This document shows, one piece after another, positions 1 through 7,813 of a stretch of DNA of 42,533 nucleotides. Numbering within the stretch: the stretch's first letter is position 1; the number at the start of each line of letters is the position of its first letter. The position numbers and the translations under genes were made by a program. The notes under the pieces were generated by a model, which searched no databases, had not been told where the DNA came from, and saw nothing but the letters and a program-made list of their open reading frames with translations. The stretch covers positions 1 through 42,533 of IMG/VR virus record IMGVR_UViG_3300027653_000025. One strand, given 5' to 3'. The DNA comes from a virus. Taxonomy: Duplodnaviria; Caudoviricetes.

Positions 1-78
1 GTTCAAGGGGACGCACCAGTTCGGTTTTGCTGAGTCGGGGCGCAGCGTCCGGTGCGCCCCTTAATTTGCTACTTCAAA
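1..78 (+). mobile_element. Degenerate/truncated attC-like site
   Basis: GTTCAAGGGG-A-CGCACC...GGTGCG-CCCCTTAAT-N6-CTTCAAA: L''/L' arms with extra C and A as in attC; R' lacks the G of GTT and R'' would lie left of position 1. Confidence 0.5.
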
Positions 79-281
79 ATCTCACGCCAACCTCTGTCCG
101 TCCACCCGCTCGAATCATCCCACAACCCCTCAGATCGCATTCGTTCCCAGTAGTCGGCGCACTCGTTACAGGCGCTCGTCGGCGGGCACGGCTCGCGGCA
201 TTCGTCTCGTTCCTCCATACAACCCGCCTCTCGGCAGTCAGCGGGCCCGACGATGCCGGTTTCCTGCTTGTCGTCGGTCAT
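69..281 (-). CDS. Small hypothetical protein (Cys-rich)
   Basis: 70 aa ORF, GGAG upstream of ATG, same strand as the rest of the left arm. Confidence 0.6.
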   Translation of the reverse strand: MTDDKQETGIVGPADCREAGCMEERDECREPCPPTSACNECADYWERMRSEGLWDDSSGWTDRGWREILK

Positions 282-326
282 TGTCTCCGTTGCGTTGTTG
301 AGGTTTCAGCTTTGTTTTCGGGTGGA

Positions 327-560
327 TCAGAACGTGAGGATGCGAACCTTGTCCGTTCCAGTGATTTGGAAGTCGAAGGGGATGCCCTCTCGGAAGCACT
401 CTTTTATCTTCCTAACCTGCCCCTCGCTAACATCGAAGGCGCGAGGGTTATTCAGGACGAGGCGCGTGCCGACGTGTGTGCGGTCGTATTGATCGAATCC
501 TGCAAAAACCCAGCGGTTCTGGTCGTGTGCGTCCTGATGGAGGTAAATCGTGCGTGCCAT
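327..560 (-). CDS. Small hypothetical protein
   Basis: 77 aa ORF preceded by a hairpin and GGAG. Confidence 0.65.
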   Translation of the reverse strand: MARTIYLHQDAHDQNRWVFAGFDQYDRTHVGTRLVLNNPRAFDVSEGQVRKIKECFREGIPFDFQITGTDKVRILTF

Positions 561-635
561 ATCTGATCTCCGTCTGCGGGCTGGTCAAGCCCGGTGGTGA
601 TAGGTGATGCTGGTGTCTCGGGTGGGAGTGGTAGA

Positions 636-821
636 CTATCGCGCCCTCCATCGGCGGCAGAACGTATCCGCCTGCCCGGCTGCGTCGATCGCGTCGTGAT
701 ATTGCTGCTGACGTGCGGTGAACGTCGCGTGGTCGATCCGACCCGCGAAGTAATCATTTACATTTTGCTGGATCGCGGCGTCGTTCTCGCTTAGCATCTG
801 GCGTGCTTCGTTGTGTGTCAT
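636..821 (-). CDS. Small hypothetical protein
   Basis: 61 aa ORF preceded by a UUCG hairpin and CCGGAGG. Confidence 0.65.
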   Translation of the reverse strand: MTHNEARQMLSENDAAIQQNVNDYFAGRIDHATFTARQQQYHDAIDAAGQADTFCRRWRAR

Positions 822-828
822 TGTCTTC

Positions 829-857
829 CTCCGGTCAAAGCCACCCCGAAGGGTGGC
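829..857 (-). repeat. Intergenic cUUCGg hairpin plus CCGGAG (copy of 5960-5988)
   Basis: gccaccc-TTCG-gggtggc-tttga-ccggag on the minus strand. Confidence 0.7.
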
Positions 858-866
858 GTGCTGGTC

Positions 867-1016
867 TTAATTAATCCCGAGTGAGCGGTTCATCGCGCTC
901 TTTGCGATCTCGAAAACCTCATCGTCGGTTGCATTCGGGAACTCGGCGCGGACTGCGGCGACGATCTGATTCCAATTCTGCATCATCTCTTTGAGGCTGG
1001 CGGCGAAGTTCGTCAT
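867..1016 (-). CDS. Small hypothetical early protein (49 aa, MTNFAASLKE...)
   Basis: ATG at 1016 follows the conserved promoter/leader; the ORF-track extension to 1121 runs through the promoter. Confidence 0.65.
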   Translation of the reverse strand: MTNFAASLKEMMQNWNQIVAAVRAEFPNATDDEVFEIAKSAMNRSLGIN

Positions 1017-1118
1017 CGTTCTGTCGGTCTGGGTGTGTGTTTCCTTGTTACAACCGTAAGATACGAAACGGAGAGGCGTAACGCAATGTATGGCGGACGG
1101 CTTCACAGAAGCTTCACA
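1017..1118 (-). promoter_or_regulatory. Repeated promoter copy 1 (tandem box, sigma70-like -35/-10, AC-rich leader)
   Basis: TGTGAAG at 1118-1112 and 1107-1101; TTGCGT 1086-1081; 17 bp; TATCTT 1063-1058. Confidence 0.85.
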
Positions 1119-1176
1119 CATTGGTCACCCGAGGTAATTGATCCCGGTGCCGATAAGCGGCCATCCGCTATATGAC

Positions 1177-1291
1177 TCTGAACAGGTCGCTCCTGCGGAC
1201 AAACCTCGTCTGTTTTCGCTTCTTCCATCGTAGTATCTCCAGTGTTTTATTCAATCGCGGCGCTGGTTGGCCGCAGAGCTTAGAGTTATAC
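1177..1291 (+). mobile_element. attC: Integron attC site
   Basis: TCTGAAC-AGGTC-GCTCCTGCGG-A-CAAACC...GGTTGG-CCGCAGAGC-TTAGA-GTTATAC; 115 bp; extrahelical C and A. Confidence 0.8.
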
Positions 1292-1657
1292 TGCTCGGCA
1301 GACGAGTTCAGCTTTTCCGTCACGGATGCAGGGCGCACACAGAAACGATTCGTCGCCGCTCGATCTGAATAGCAGGTCGCCGCAATACATACACTTGCCA
1401 TGCGGCTCTTCTTCGCTCTCAAGCCTTTCGTAGACTATTGGCGGGCTCTCCCATTGATGAGCAGTGGGGTCAATGACTTCGCCAGCAGGCGATTCACACC
1501 ACCAGTGCGGACGATACTGCACGCCTACCAGAACATGACCACGAGCGCGGTTGAGTTCTGGAAATGAATCGCACATCTCCGCAGTAGCCTCGGCGCATCT
1601 CAGCCTCGCAGAGTCGGGCGTTGGGTAGTGCTCGCTTATCCAGTCGTTGTAAGTCAT
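1286..1657 (-). CDS. Cassette-borne hypothetical protein (C/H/D residues and C-terminal CxxC pair)
   Basis: 123 aa ORF between two attC sites; stop TAA is the TTA of the R' box. Confidence 0.8.
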   Translation of the reverse strand: MTYNDWISEHYPTPDSARLRCAEATAEMCDSFPELNRARGHVLVGVQYRPHWWCESPAGEVIDPTAHQWESPPIVYERLESEEEPHGKCMYCGDLLFRSSGDESFLCAPCIRDGKAELVCRAV

Positions 1658-1661
1658 CGCA

Positions 1662-1750
1662 GTATAACTATCGCTGTAGCGGACGCGCCGCCGTCCGCTT
1701 GTGGTTTGTCTGATCGCGGCATCGGCGCGCCGCTAAGCTTTGAGTTAGCC
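1662..1750 (+). mobile_element. attC: Integron attC site
   Basis: GTATAAC-TATC-GCTGTAGCGG-A-CGCGCCG...CGGCGCG-CCGCTAAGC-TTTGA-GTTAGCC; 89 bp. Confidence 0.8.
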
Positions 1751-2023
1751 CGTTCCCTTGTGTTCGAGCATTGCGTTCCAGCTACGTGCAAAGTCTGTCG
1801 TCGCCGCCTCCCCGCGCTCTTGATACTCAGGTGACAGTTCACACGTCCAACACCACCACACATCCTCCTCAAACTCAACCCACATCGTTGATTCGTGCTC
1901 ACCGCAAAACGAACATGGGGGCCACTCCGAATCATCGTGGAATGGGCTAACAAGTCGCTCCTGCGGACCCGCCTCCGGCGTGTCCTTCGTCGCTTTCGGT
2001 TGTGTTTCCATCGTGTTCTCCAT
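1745..2023 (-). CDS. Cassette-borne small zinc-ribbon-like protein (CSFC...CWTC)
   Basis: 92 aa ORF; start lies inside attC 1945-2059, stop in the R' box at 1745. Confidence 0.75.
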   Translation of the reverse strand: MENTMETQPKATKDTPEAGPQERLVSPFHDDSEWPPCSFCGEHESTMWVEFEEDVWWCWTCELSPEYQERGEAATTDFARSWNAMLEHKGTG

Positions 2024-2059
2024 CGTTATGTTGGCGGGCCGCAGAGCTTAGAGTTATGC
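1945..2059 (+). mobile_element. attC: Integron attC site
   Basis: GGCTAAC-AAGTC-GCTCCTGCGG-A-CCCGCC...GGCGGG-CCGCAGAGC-TTAGA-GTTATGC; 115 bp; arms near-identical to 1177-1291. Confidence 0.85.
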
Positions 2060-2218
2060 CCCTTTTAGCCAATCCCAATCGAGGGGCTGGTAGCCGCTGC
2101 GATACTGCCTCGCTCGGCGGTCACCGCACCGGGCGCACTGCGCGTACACGTAGACGCCCGAGTCGCGATGCTCGCGCCAGCGGTGTCCAGCCAGCCTACA
2201 CCAGAGCTTCGCCTTCAT
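2054..2218 (-). CDS. Small phage protein, DUF1660-like (CxxxGHxW...CxRCG); absent from the ORF track
   Basis: Manual translation MKAKLWCRLAGHRWREHRDSGVYVYAQCARCGDRRARQYRSGYQPLDWDWLKGA (54 aa). Confidence 0.7.
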   Translation of the reverse strand: MKAKLWCRLAGHRWREHRDSGVYVYAQCARCGDRRARQYRSGYQPLDWDWLKGA

Positions 2219-2286
2219 TGTTCAAATCCTTCGTCTTGCCGCCGCGCTCATCCGGTAGCGGCGGAAAAGCATATGCATCAAATATC

Positions 2287-2511
2287 TCATGGGTACATCT
2301 TCTCGTATTTCTTGAGCGCGGCACGACCCTTGTCGCTAACAGCGAAAAACATTTCTGCGCCGCGCCCCGGCGTAGCGTGCTCGAGCTCGAAAAGTGCATG
2401 ACGAAGCGCGTCCGCCACCTCCCGGTGTACCGCCTCCCGGCATTGACACGCGTGATGATGTGTCGTGCAGCGGCCTGGCTCGAGCGCTGTTCGTCCGTGT
2501 GGGTCAGTCAT
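2287..2511 (-). CDS. Hypothetical protein with CTTHHHACQCRE motif
   Basis: ATG at 2511 overlaps the upstream stop (ATGA). Confidence 0.65.
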   Translation of the reverse strand: MTDPHGRTALEPGRCTTHHHACQCREAVHREVADALRHALFELEHATPGRGAEMFFAVSDKGRAALKKYEKMYP

Positions 2512-2795
2512 GCCGCCATCCTCCGCCCGAAGACGCGTTCGGAAACAGGGACGGCGCGTGAAAGCCTTGGCGCTGGTAAGTCGAGGTCGAAGCCGCGGAT
2601 GCCAGCCGAAGCCCACACGCGGCGGTAGATATAGCAGACCGTTGAATCGGACAAGCCGAACCAGTCGGCGATCGTCATGTACGTGTGCCCCTCAGCGACG
2701 CATACGCAGAGCGCCGCAACGCTGGTGGCGTCGAGTTTTATCGAGCGCATCAGTGTACCGTCAGCGAGGGGGATGAGGTGGAGACGTGGTTTCAT
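2508..2795 (-). CDS. HTH DNA-binding protein
   Basis: GHTYMTIADWFGLSDSTVCYIY helix-turn-helix pattern; ATGA overlap with the methyltransferase stop. Confidence 0.65.
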   Translation of the reverse strand: MKPRLHLIPLADGTLMRSIKLDATSVAALCVCVAEGHTYMTIADWFGLSDSTVCYIYRRVWASAGIRGFDLDLPAPRLSRAVPVSERVFGRRMAA

Positions 2796-3493
2796 TGATT
2801 CTGGTTTATTGTTTCTTGTGTGGCGTATTCGGGGCAGCGGCCGCGTGCAGGGATCTTTGGTGCCAGATCTACGTCGTTCGGCATTTCGTTCCCCCACGTA
2901 TGCCAGCCGGGGCGCTTCGGGAACATGGGCGAAACGGGGCGGGCGAAGATTTCCAACCGGGGGCCGGGCGACTGTTCCTCGATCATACTGTATACCACGC
3001 CGGGCTTCACGCTGTGCGGGAGGCGCGGGTCAAAGATCGCCGTGGGTGCGGGCGGGCCTTGCAGCCGGAGCGAACCCCGGACGCAAAACAGGAGGTGTTC
3101 CGTCGCGCCCCGGTAATAATAGCCCATGCGATAACTCGGTTCAAACTTCTCCGTCTGGATCTTCGTCCATGTGATGATCGTCTTGGGCTTGAATCCCCAC
3201 GCCTCGGCGAGTTCGTGCGCCTCCACCATGAATGCGTTCGTCGTCCAGAGGTAGAGGTGGGCGTCGTCCGCGGCGTGCTCCTCCACGCACAGGGCTTTCA
3301 GTTCGTCCATGCTCATGCTGCCGTATCGGTCAATGGAGGAAACACCGCCGGTCGCGCCGTCCCAAGAGTTGGGCCGATGTTCCGGCGAGCTTCTCAGGTC
3401 GCTTGAGCGATAAGGCCACGGCGGATCGGCCAAGATGGTGCGGTACCTCCCCCGCACATCCGGCCCCGGCGTGTGCTTCGGTTCTCTGCTCAT
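2792..3493 (-). CDS. MT-A70 family amino-methyltransferase
   Basis: ILADPPW, LYLWT, AWGF, WTK, GYYYRGATEH, HSVKP, RLEIFAR, GWHTWGNE motifs. Confidence 0.93.
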   Translation of the reverse strand: MSREPKHTPGPDVRGRYRTILADPPWPYRSSDLRSSPEHRPNSWDGATGGVSSIDRYGSMSMDELKALCVEEHAADDAHLYLWTTNAFMVEAHELAEAWGFKPKTIITWTKIQTEKFEPSYRMGYYYRGATEHLLFCVRGSLRLQGPPAPTAIFDPRLPHSVKPGVVYSMIEEQSPGPRLEIFARPVSPMFPKRPGWHTWGNEMPNDVDLAPKIPARGRCPEYATQETINQNQ

Positions 3494-3831
3494 ATCAGCC
3501 TCAATTGGTGTTTTCCGTCGTGGTGTCGCCCGTAGCGCCGGTTTCGTGCATGCTTGTCCCGGTCGAGCGACAGATGACAGCTCTGACAGAGCGCGTGCAA
3601 GTTGTCGTCGGCCACGTTGTGTTTGTCCGAGTCAGGCCAATGAGCGACCGTCAGGACGACGCGTGATCCCGTCCTCGGGTGCGGCTCGCCGTTCACCGCC
3701 TCGCACCGGCCCTGTGGATGATGATGACCACATTTGCCGTCGCACTCGCACCGGCCCTGAGCACGTTCCTCTCGGATCCGTAGGCTGATCTCATGCCAAT
3801 CGGCTGGATATTCGCTGTAGTTTATCGGCAT
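3490..3831 (-). CDS. HNH endonuclease-like protein
   Basis: RCEC...VLTVAH...NL.ALCQSCH. Confidence 0.85.
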   Translation of the reverse strand: MPINYSEYPADWHEISLRIREERAQGRCECDGKCGHHHPQGRCEAVNGEPHPRTGSRVVLTVAHWPDSDKHNVADDNLHALCQSCHLSLDRDKHARNRRYGRHHDGKHQLRLI

Positions 3832-3851
3832 CAGAGCATGTTCTGTGATGA

Positions 3852-4124
3852 TTACGGTAACCGTGACTCGGCCGCGTCCTCCATCGCTTCCCGGCGAGCT
3901 TCTTCGCGGATCGCTTCTTCCTGCTCGTCGGTGAGCAGCGCCTCGCGTCCGGTCTCGAGGTCGATGATGGACTCGATCTCGAGGTCAGGCTCGATGCCCT
4001 CCTGACACGAGTTCGGATCGCGGCCGGTAATCGCCTCCTGTCCGCCGTAGAGGTAGCACTCGACCTCGACGTCGAACTCTCGGTCTGTCGCCTCATCGTA
4101 GATCGTGGTGATGAAGGTCGTCAT
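3852..4124 (-). CDS. Acidic hypothetical protein
   Basis: ATG at 4124 with GAGGTG and ATGA overlap; very Glu/Asp rich. Confidence 0.7.
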   Translation of the reverse strand: MTTFITTIYDEATDREFDVEVECYLYGGQEAITGRDPNSCQEGIEPDLEIESIIDLETGREALLTDEQEEAIREEARREAMEDAAESRLP

Positions 4125-4351
4125 GCCGCCACCTCGCGCCCGAGGCGTGCGTTGTGAGCCTGCACCATGTCTCGGGCGATCCAAAGCTGATCCTCGCCTG
4201 GGTGTTTGTCTGCGCGGAAGAGCGCCTCATCGCCTGAGGTGATCTCCACCCATACGAGGCGGCCGTCGGCATCGCGTCCGTACTCGACGTAGTAGGGACC
4301 GTCGCCAACGCGGTGGCTCACCAGGCCGTCACTGTATCTCGCTACGATCAT
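4121..4351 (-). CDS. Hypothetical protein
   Basis: 76 aa, coupled by 4-nt overlaps on both sides. Confidence 0.65.
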   Translation of the reverse strand: MIVARYSDGLVSHRVGDGPYYVEYGRDADGRLVWVEITSGDEALFRADKHPGEDQLWIARDMVQAHNARLGREVAA

Positions 4352-4566
4352 CGCGCCACCTCCTCAATTTTGATGCTGACGCCGCCGAGGCATCCGCGAA
4401 TGACTGACGCAGCCGACCGGTACCAGCCGAACCCATTAAGGCCAAAGCGCTCTGCAGCAACCCGCAGCGCTTCTACGGCATCAGGTGCGGCAATGTCCTC
4501 GTACGCAGACCCCGCGACTGTGGCACGAAATCGCCTCATCATGTCGTCGTTTGTTTCCGTGGTCAT
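4348..4566 (-). CDS. Hypothetical protein
   Basis: 72 aa, tightly packed in the operon. Confidence 0.6.
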   Translation of the reverse strand: MTTETNDDMMRRFRATVAGSAYEDIAAPDAVEALRVAAERFGLNGFGWYRSAASVIRGCLGGVSIKIEEVAR

Positions 4567-4567
4567 C

Positions 4568-4795
4568 TTATCTTACGGGTCGTCGTGATACTTGCATGGC
4601 GCCACGGTAGACGACACGGCCCGAGCGCAGGGCGTTTGTCGCTTCTGCGGCGTCGTCGGTTTTGGTGCTGGAGTGTAGCACCGTTTGCCACTCGAAGGGC
4701 TGGCCCGGACACTCGCGTTCCATCGCAGCAATGGCCATTTTCGCATTCGAAAAATAAACCGGGTGTGGCATCATGGCAACATAGATCTTTTTCAT
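4568..4795 (-). CDS. Hypothetical protein
   Basis: 75 aa, ATGA overlap with the upstream ORF. Confidence 0.6.
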   Translation of the reverse strand: MKKIYVAMMPHPVYFSNAKMAIAAMERECPGQPFEWQTVLHSSTKTDDAAEATNALRSGRVVYRGAMQVSRRPVR

Positions 4796-5076
4796 ATGGG
4801 TCGATAAGTCAGGGTGTTAAATCGGAGGTCAAAATACAAGGCACCGGCCCCATGGTTATGTTCAGGACCTTTGCCCCGGAAGGCCACGGTGCGCAGATCG
4901 GGCAAGAGCCACCGGATCTCATCACACGGATGCCCTTGTTCAAGAAGCCAGTCGAGCACATCCTCGGGCGTCGCCCCGGCGACTGCCGCACGTGCAGCAC
5001 GCTTATATATGACGTACATCCGGAGCATCGAGCCGTCCGCTCGCTCGTCCTGCATTGTGCTGGTGTCGTTAGGCAT
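4792..5076 (-). CDS. Hypothetical protein (start uncertain)
   Basis: ORF 4792-5151; probable start MPND at 5076. Confidence 0.55.
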   Translation of the reverse strand: MPNDTSTMQDERADGSMLRMYVIYKRAARAAVAGATPEDVLDWLLEQGHPCDEIRWLLPDLRTVAFRGKGPEHNHGAGALYFDLRFNTLTYRPI

Positions 5077-5194
5077 ATTGCGTCGTTTCTGGTGTTTCCT
5101 TTGGCTTTCCTCGAGACCGAACAAGCAGGGGGGCTGAAATACCAGCGCCATGCTCCCCGTGGCGGGGAGCAGGCGAGGCGTGCGGCCCGTGGGC

Positions 5195-5632
5195 TCAGTG
5201 GGTGGTTACGTCCATGATCAAATCCAGAAGGGTAGCCCGATATGCTGTCGCGAATACCATCGGATAGTCCGGGAATGCCCTGTAGAAGTGGTTGAGCAGA
5301 GCTGTCTCCGCGTCCGTGGCGTCCACTTCGGCCGAGAGTGCCGGGCAAACGCCCTCTTCGACTTCGTAGCCGTGCTCGGCGTGGAGCCGGTCGAGCGACT
5401 TGTAGAAATCGGCGCAAGCCGCCTCGTCGTCGTGGCGATAGAGTGATTCGACGTTCGGCAACGTTTCGCCCGTGGTGGAGTCGGTGAAACCGAAGCTCTC
5501 AAAATGCGGCTGTACGTAGCTGTCGACGTGGGCCCGGATCGTCTCGGCATTGGCACGGGCGGCGAGGACTTGGGTACGCAGCTCGCGGGTGGTGGTGTCG
5601 AGGGCGAAGTCGGTCAGTTGGGCTTTGGTCAT
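5195..5632 (-). CDS. Hypothetical early protein
   Basis: 145 aa, first gene after promoter copy 2. Confidence 0.75.
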   Translation of the reverse strand: MTKAQLTDFALDTTTRELRTQVLAARANAETIRAHVDSYVQPHFESFGFTDSTTGETLPNVESLYRHDDEAACADFYKSLDRLHAEHGYEVEEGVCPALSAEVDATDAETALLNHFYRAFPDYPMVFATAYRATLLDLIMDVTTH

Positions 5633-5733
5633 CGTTCTGTCCTGTCTGGGTGTTTGTTTCTCTATCTACCGTAAGATACGAAACGGAGAGGCGTAACGCA
5701 AGTATTGTCCTCCAGCTTCACAAAGGCTTCACA
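5633..5733 (-). promoter_or_regulatory. Repeated promoter copy 2
   Basis: TGTGAAG 5733-5727 and 5722-5716; TTGCGT 5701-5696; 17 bp; TATCTT 5678-5673. Confidence 0.85.
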
Positions 5734-5751
5734 CAACAATCGTGGCGGGTC

Positions 5752-5931
5752 TTAGTTGATCGTTGCGGCGAACTTGCGGGCGGCGGCTTCGGTCGGGAAG
5801 ATTTTCGCGACTCCGACGAACAGACCCGCGTCGGTGTCTTTGATCGCAACCGAAAAGCCACGATCGATCTGTGCAATGTGAACCTCGATTCCGGCGTCTT
5901 CGATGCCTCGGATGTCGATGATGTTGGTCAT
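5752..5931 (-). CDS. Small hypothetical protein (MTNIIDIRG...)
   Basis: ATG after a CACCCAGAC leader; 59 aa. Confidence 0.7.
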   Translation of the reverse strand: MTNIIDIRGIEDAGIEVHIAQIDRGFSVAIKDTDAGLFVGVAKIFPTEAAARKFAATIN

Positions 5932-5959
5932 TGCTCTGCTGGTCTGGGTGTTTGTTTCT

Positions 5960-5988
5960 CTCCGGTCGAAGCCGCCCCGAAGGGCGGC
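5960..5988 (-). repeat. Intergenic cUUCGg hairpin plus CCGGAG
   Basis: gccgccc-TTCG-gggcggc-ttcga-ccggag; compensatory change relative to 829-857. Confidence 0.7.
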
Positions 5989-5996
5989 GTGTTCGC

Positions 5997-6185
5997 TCAC
6001 ATCATCCCCATTTCGATCAGGAGCTCGTCGCAGGCGTCGCCGCCCATCCGCTCTTCATAGACGTCAAAGAGTTCTGCGCGGACGATCCGAGCATCAGAGT
6101 CAACCTGCCCGCCGCCGATCTGCTTGATGGCTGCGACGATCTGTTGTGTCGTGTAGGTGGCGATTGCGTTTTTCAGAGCTTCCAT
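5997..6185 (-). CDS. Small hypothetical protein (MEALKNA...)
   Basis: 62 aa, first gene after promoter copy 3. Confidence 0.7.
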   Translation of the reverse strand: MEALKNAIATYTTQQIVAAIKQIGGGQVDSDARIVRAELFDVYEERMGGDACDELLIEMGMM

Positions 6186-6289
6186 TGTTCTGTGTGTCTT
6201 GGTTGTTGTTTGTCCCTCTAACAACCGTAAGATACGAAACGGAAAGACGTTACGCAAGTATCGCCCACCGGCTTCACACAAGCTTCACA
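6186..6289 (-). promoter_or_regulatory. Repeated promoter copy 3
   Basis: TGTGAAG 6289-6283 and 6278-6272; TTGCGT 6257-6252; 17 bp; TATCTT 6234-6229. Confidence 0.85.
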
Positions 6290-6291
6290 AA

Positions 6292-6489
6292 TCAGCCACG
6301 ACCCTGCTTTCCGTGGTCGAGTCGCTGCCTGTGCAGCCACTCATTGAAGCCGTCGCGCCCCATCTCATGGACGATACTCGGGACGAGCAGCCGCTCGGAC
6401 GGGCCCCAGTTCGCGGGATCTGGTTCGAGCAGTACTTGTTCGAGGTATCGCTTTTGCAGGGATTGGATTCGCTCGTTTTGATCGGTCAT
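6292..6489 (-). CDS. Hypothetical protein
   Basis: 65 aa, ATGA overlap with the RusA-like gene. Confidence 0.6.
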   Translation of the reverse strand: MTDQNERIQSLQKRYLEQVLLEPDPANWGPSERLLVPSIVHEMGRDGFNEWLHRQRLDHGKQGRG

Positions 6490-6872
6490 AGCGGTATTTT
6501 TTCTTCGATCTGGATAATGGTCTGGGTTGGGCGCTTGGAGTCTTTGATGCTATCGAGCACGACAGGCCGGACGTAAGCCGGGGTGTCCCCCCGCAGAACG
6601 CCGCAGGCAACGAGCCCGTCCTCTACGAGCTTCGCCGTGGCCGCCACGTTGGTGCAATCAAAAGAGCGTAGACCCTTACCAAAGACGCAGGTTACGGACA
6701 GCCTCACCGGGTAATGCTGTACCGTTCGAGTCCCGGCCTCGTGAACGGCAGCTAAAACCAGCAGCCGCCACCGCTTTTTGGTGCCGGATCGCTTGCTCCA
6801 GTGGGCCCCGCCGTACCATTTATTCAGGCTGGGACCCACACGATCGATGATGATCGTTTGAATGTGTGTCAT
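6486..6872 (-). CDS. RusA-like Holliday junction resolvase
   Basis: PSLN...R..D..N...K.VEDGLV..GVL.GD pattern. Confidence 0.75.
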   Translation of the reverse strand: MTHIQTIIIDRVGPSLNKWYGGAHWSKRSGTKKRWRLLVLAAVHEAGTRTVQHYPVRLSVTCVFGKGLRSFDCTNVAATAKLVEDGLVACGVLRGDTPAYVRPVVLDSIKDSKRPTQTIIQIEEKIPL

Positions 6873-7813
6873 GCACCTACTGGATTCCGGATGATCGTAG
6901 CGTGTTCTCCCGTCGACCCGAAGCCGTTCTCACCCCGGGCACCGGGCCGCAGTTTGTCGACGCTCTTGGGCGTCAGGTGATCCGCTGCCACACGATCGGG
7001 GATGATCTGGGCGATACGCTGCCCCTGCTCGACCGTGACCGGTTCGGATCCCATGTTCCAGACTCCAGCGAAGAGCGGCCCCCTCCAGCCTTCGTCTATG
7101 ATGCCCTCCGAGACGAGAAGCCCGAGTTTTCGCAACGTCGACGAGCGGCCGATGATCCGGTACCAATAGCCGGGTGGCGGAGCGATCCGGAAGGCCAGCG
7201 GGACGTCGCAGAAGGTGCCCGGCTGGATTACCGTCTTGCGGGCACACGGCAGATCGAAGCCAGCATCGCCCGTGTATGCCCGAGTCGGGAGAGGAAACAG
7301 CTTCTGCAGTTCATATGGTTCGAGCTTGGCGTCCGGGTTGCAGGCGTCCAGATCGAGCAGGCATTCCAGCACCCCGCCTTCCGCCTTCGGCACCTCGGGT
7401 GCATGGAGCAGGTACGCGGCCGCGTCGGTCATGGCCGTTTGCAGCGTCTTGTATCGGCGGACGGACGGATGACGGAGCGACACGTGCGAAGCATATTGGT
7501 CGCCGATCCATGCGAACACGGGCTTTCCTGTGGCGATCGCATGTCCTACTTCCATCAGTGTTCCCACGTGTGGCACGTGGTGGTAGAGCTCGACCAGCAC
7601 CGCGTCGCTCTGGTCGATGGCGGCGTTGTTGATCGATTGCACGCCGTCCACCCGGTCACCCTCCTCGGCTCGAAGCCCCATACGGAATGCTCCCTGTGGG
7701 TCGAACGAAGCGATGCCCTGTGCAGCAAAGAAATCTTTCGCGGTCTTGCGCCATTCGGCGGCCGTCGCTTTGTCGGCGGCGTCAATGGCACCGGCCAGAT
7801 ATATCATCTTCAT
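6869..7813 (-). CDS. Fusion of nucleoside 2-deoxyribosyltransferase/dNMP N-glycosidase-like domain and trimeric dUTPase-like domain
   Basis: N-term IYLAG...IDQSDAVLV...GTLMEVGHA...GKPV; C-term AGFDL, RSS, GIIDEGWRG, RIAQ, RGENGFGSTG; ATG 7813 overlaps the kinase stop. Confidence 0.92.
   Translation of the reverse strand: MKMIYLAGAIDAADKATAAEWRKTAKDFFAAQGIASFDPQGAFRMGLRAEEGDRVDGVQSINNAAIDQSDAVLVELYHHVPHVGTLMEVGHAIATGKPVFAWIGDQYASHVSLRHPSVRRYKTLQTAMTDAAAYLLHAPEVPKAEGGVLECLLDLDACNPDAKLEPYELQKLFPLPTRAYTGDAGFDLPCARKTVIQPGTFCDVPLAFRIAPPPGYWYRIIGRSSTLRKLGLLVSEGIIDEGWRGPLFAGVWNMGSEPVTVEQGQRIAQIIPDRVAADHLTPKSVDKLRPGARGENGFGSTGEHATIIRNPVGA

Noticed and set aside
1101-1118. TGTGA boxes as CRP/FNR sites
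   Set aside because: The half-sites are direct repeats (TGTGA-N6-TGTGA), not the inverted TGTGA-N6-TCACA
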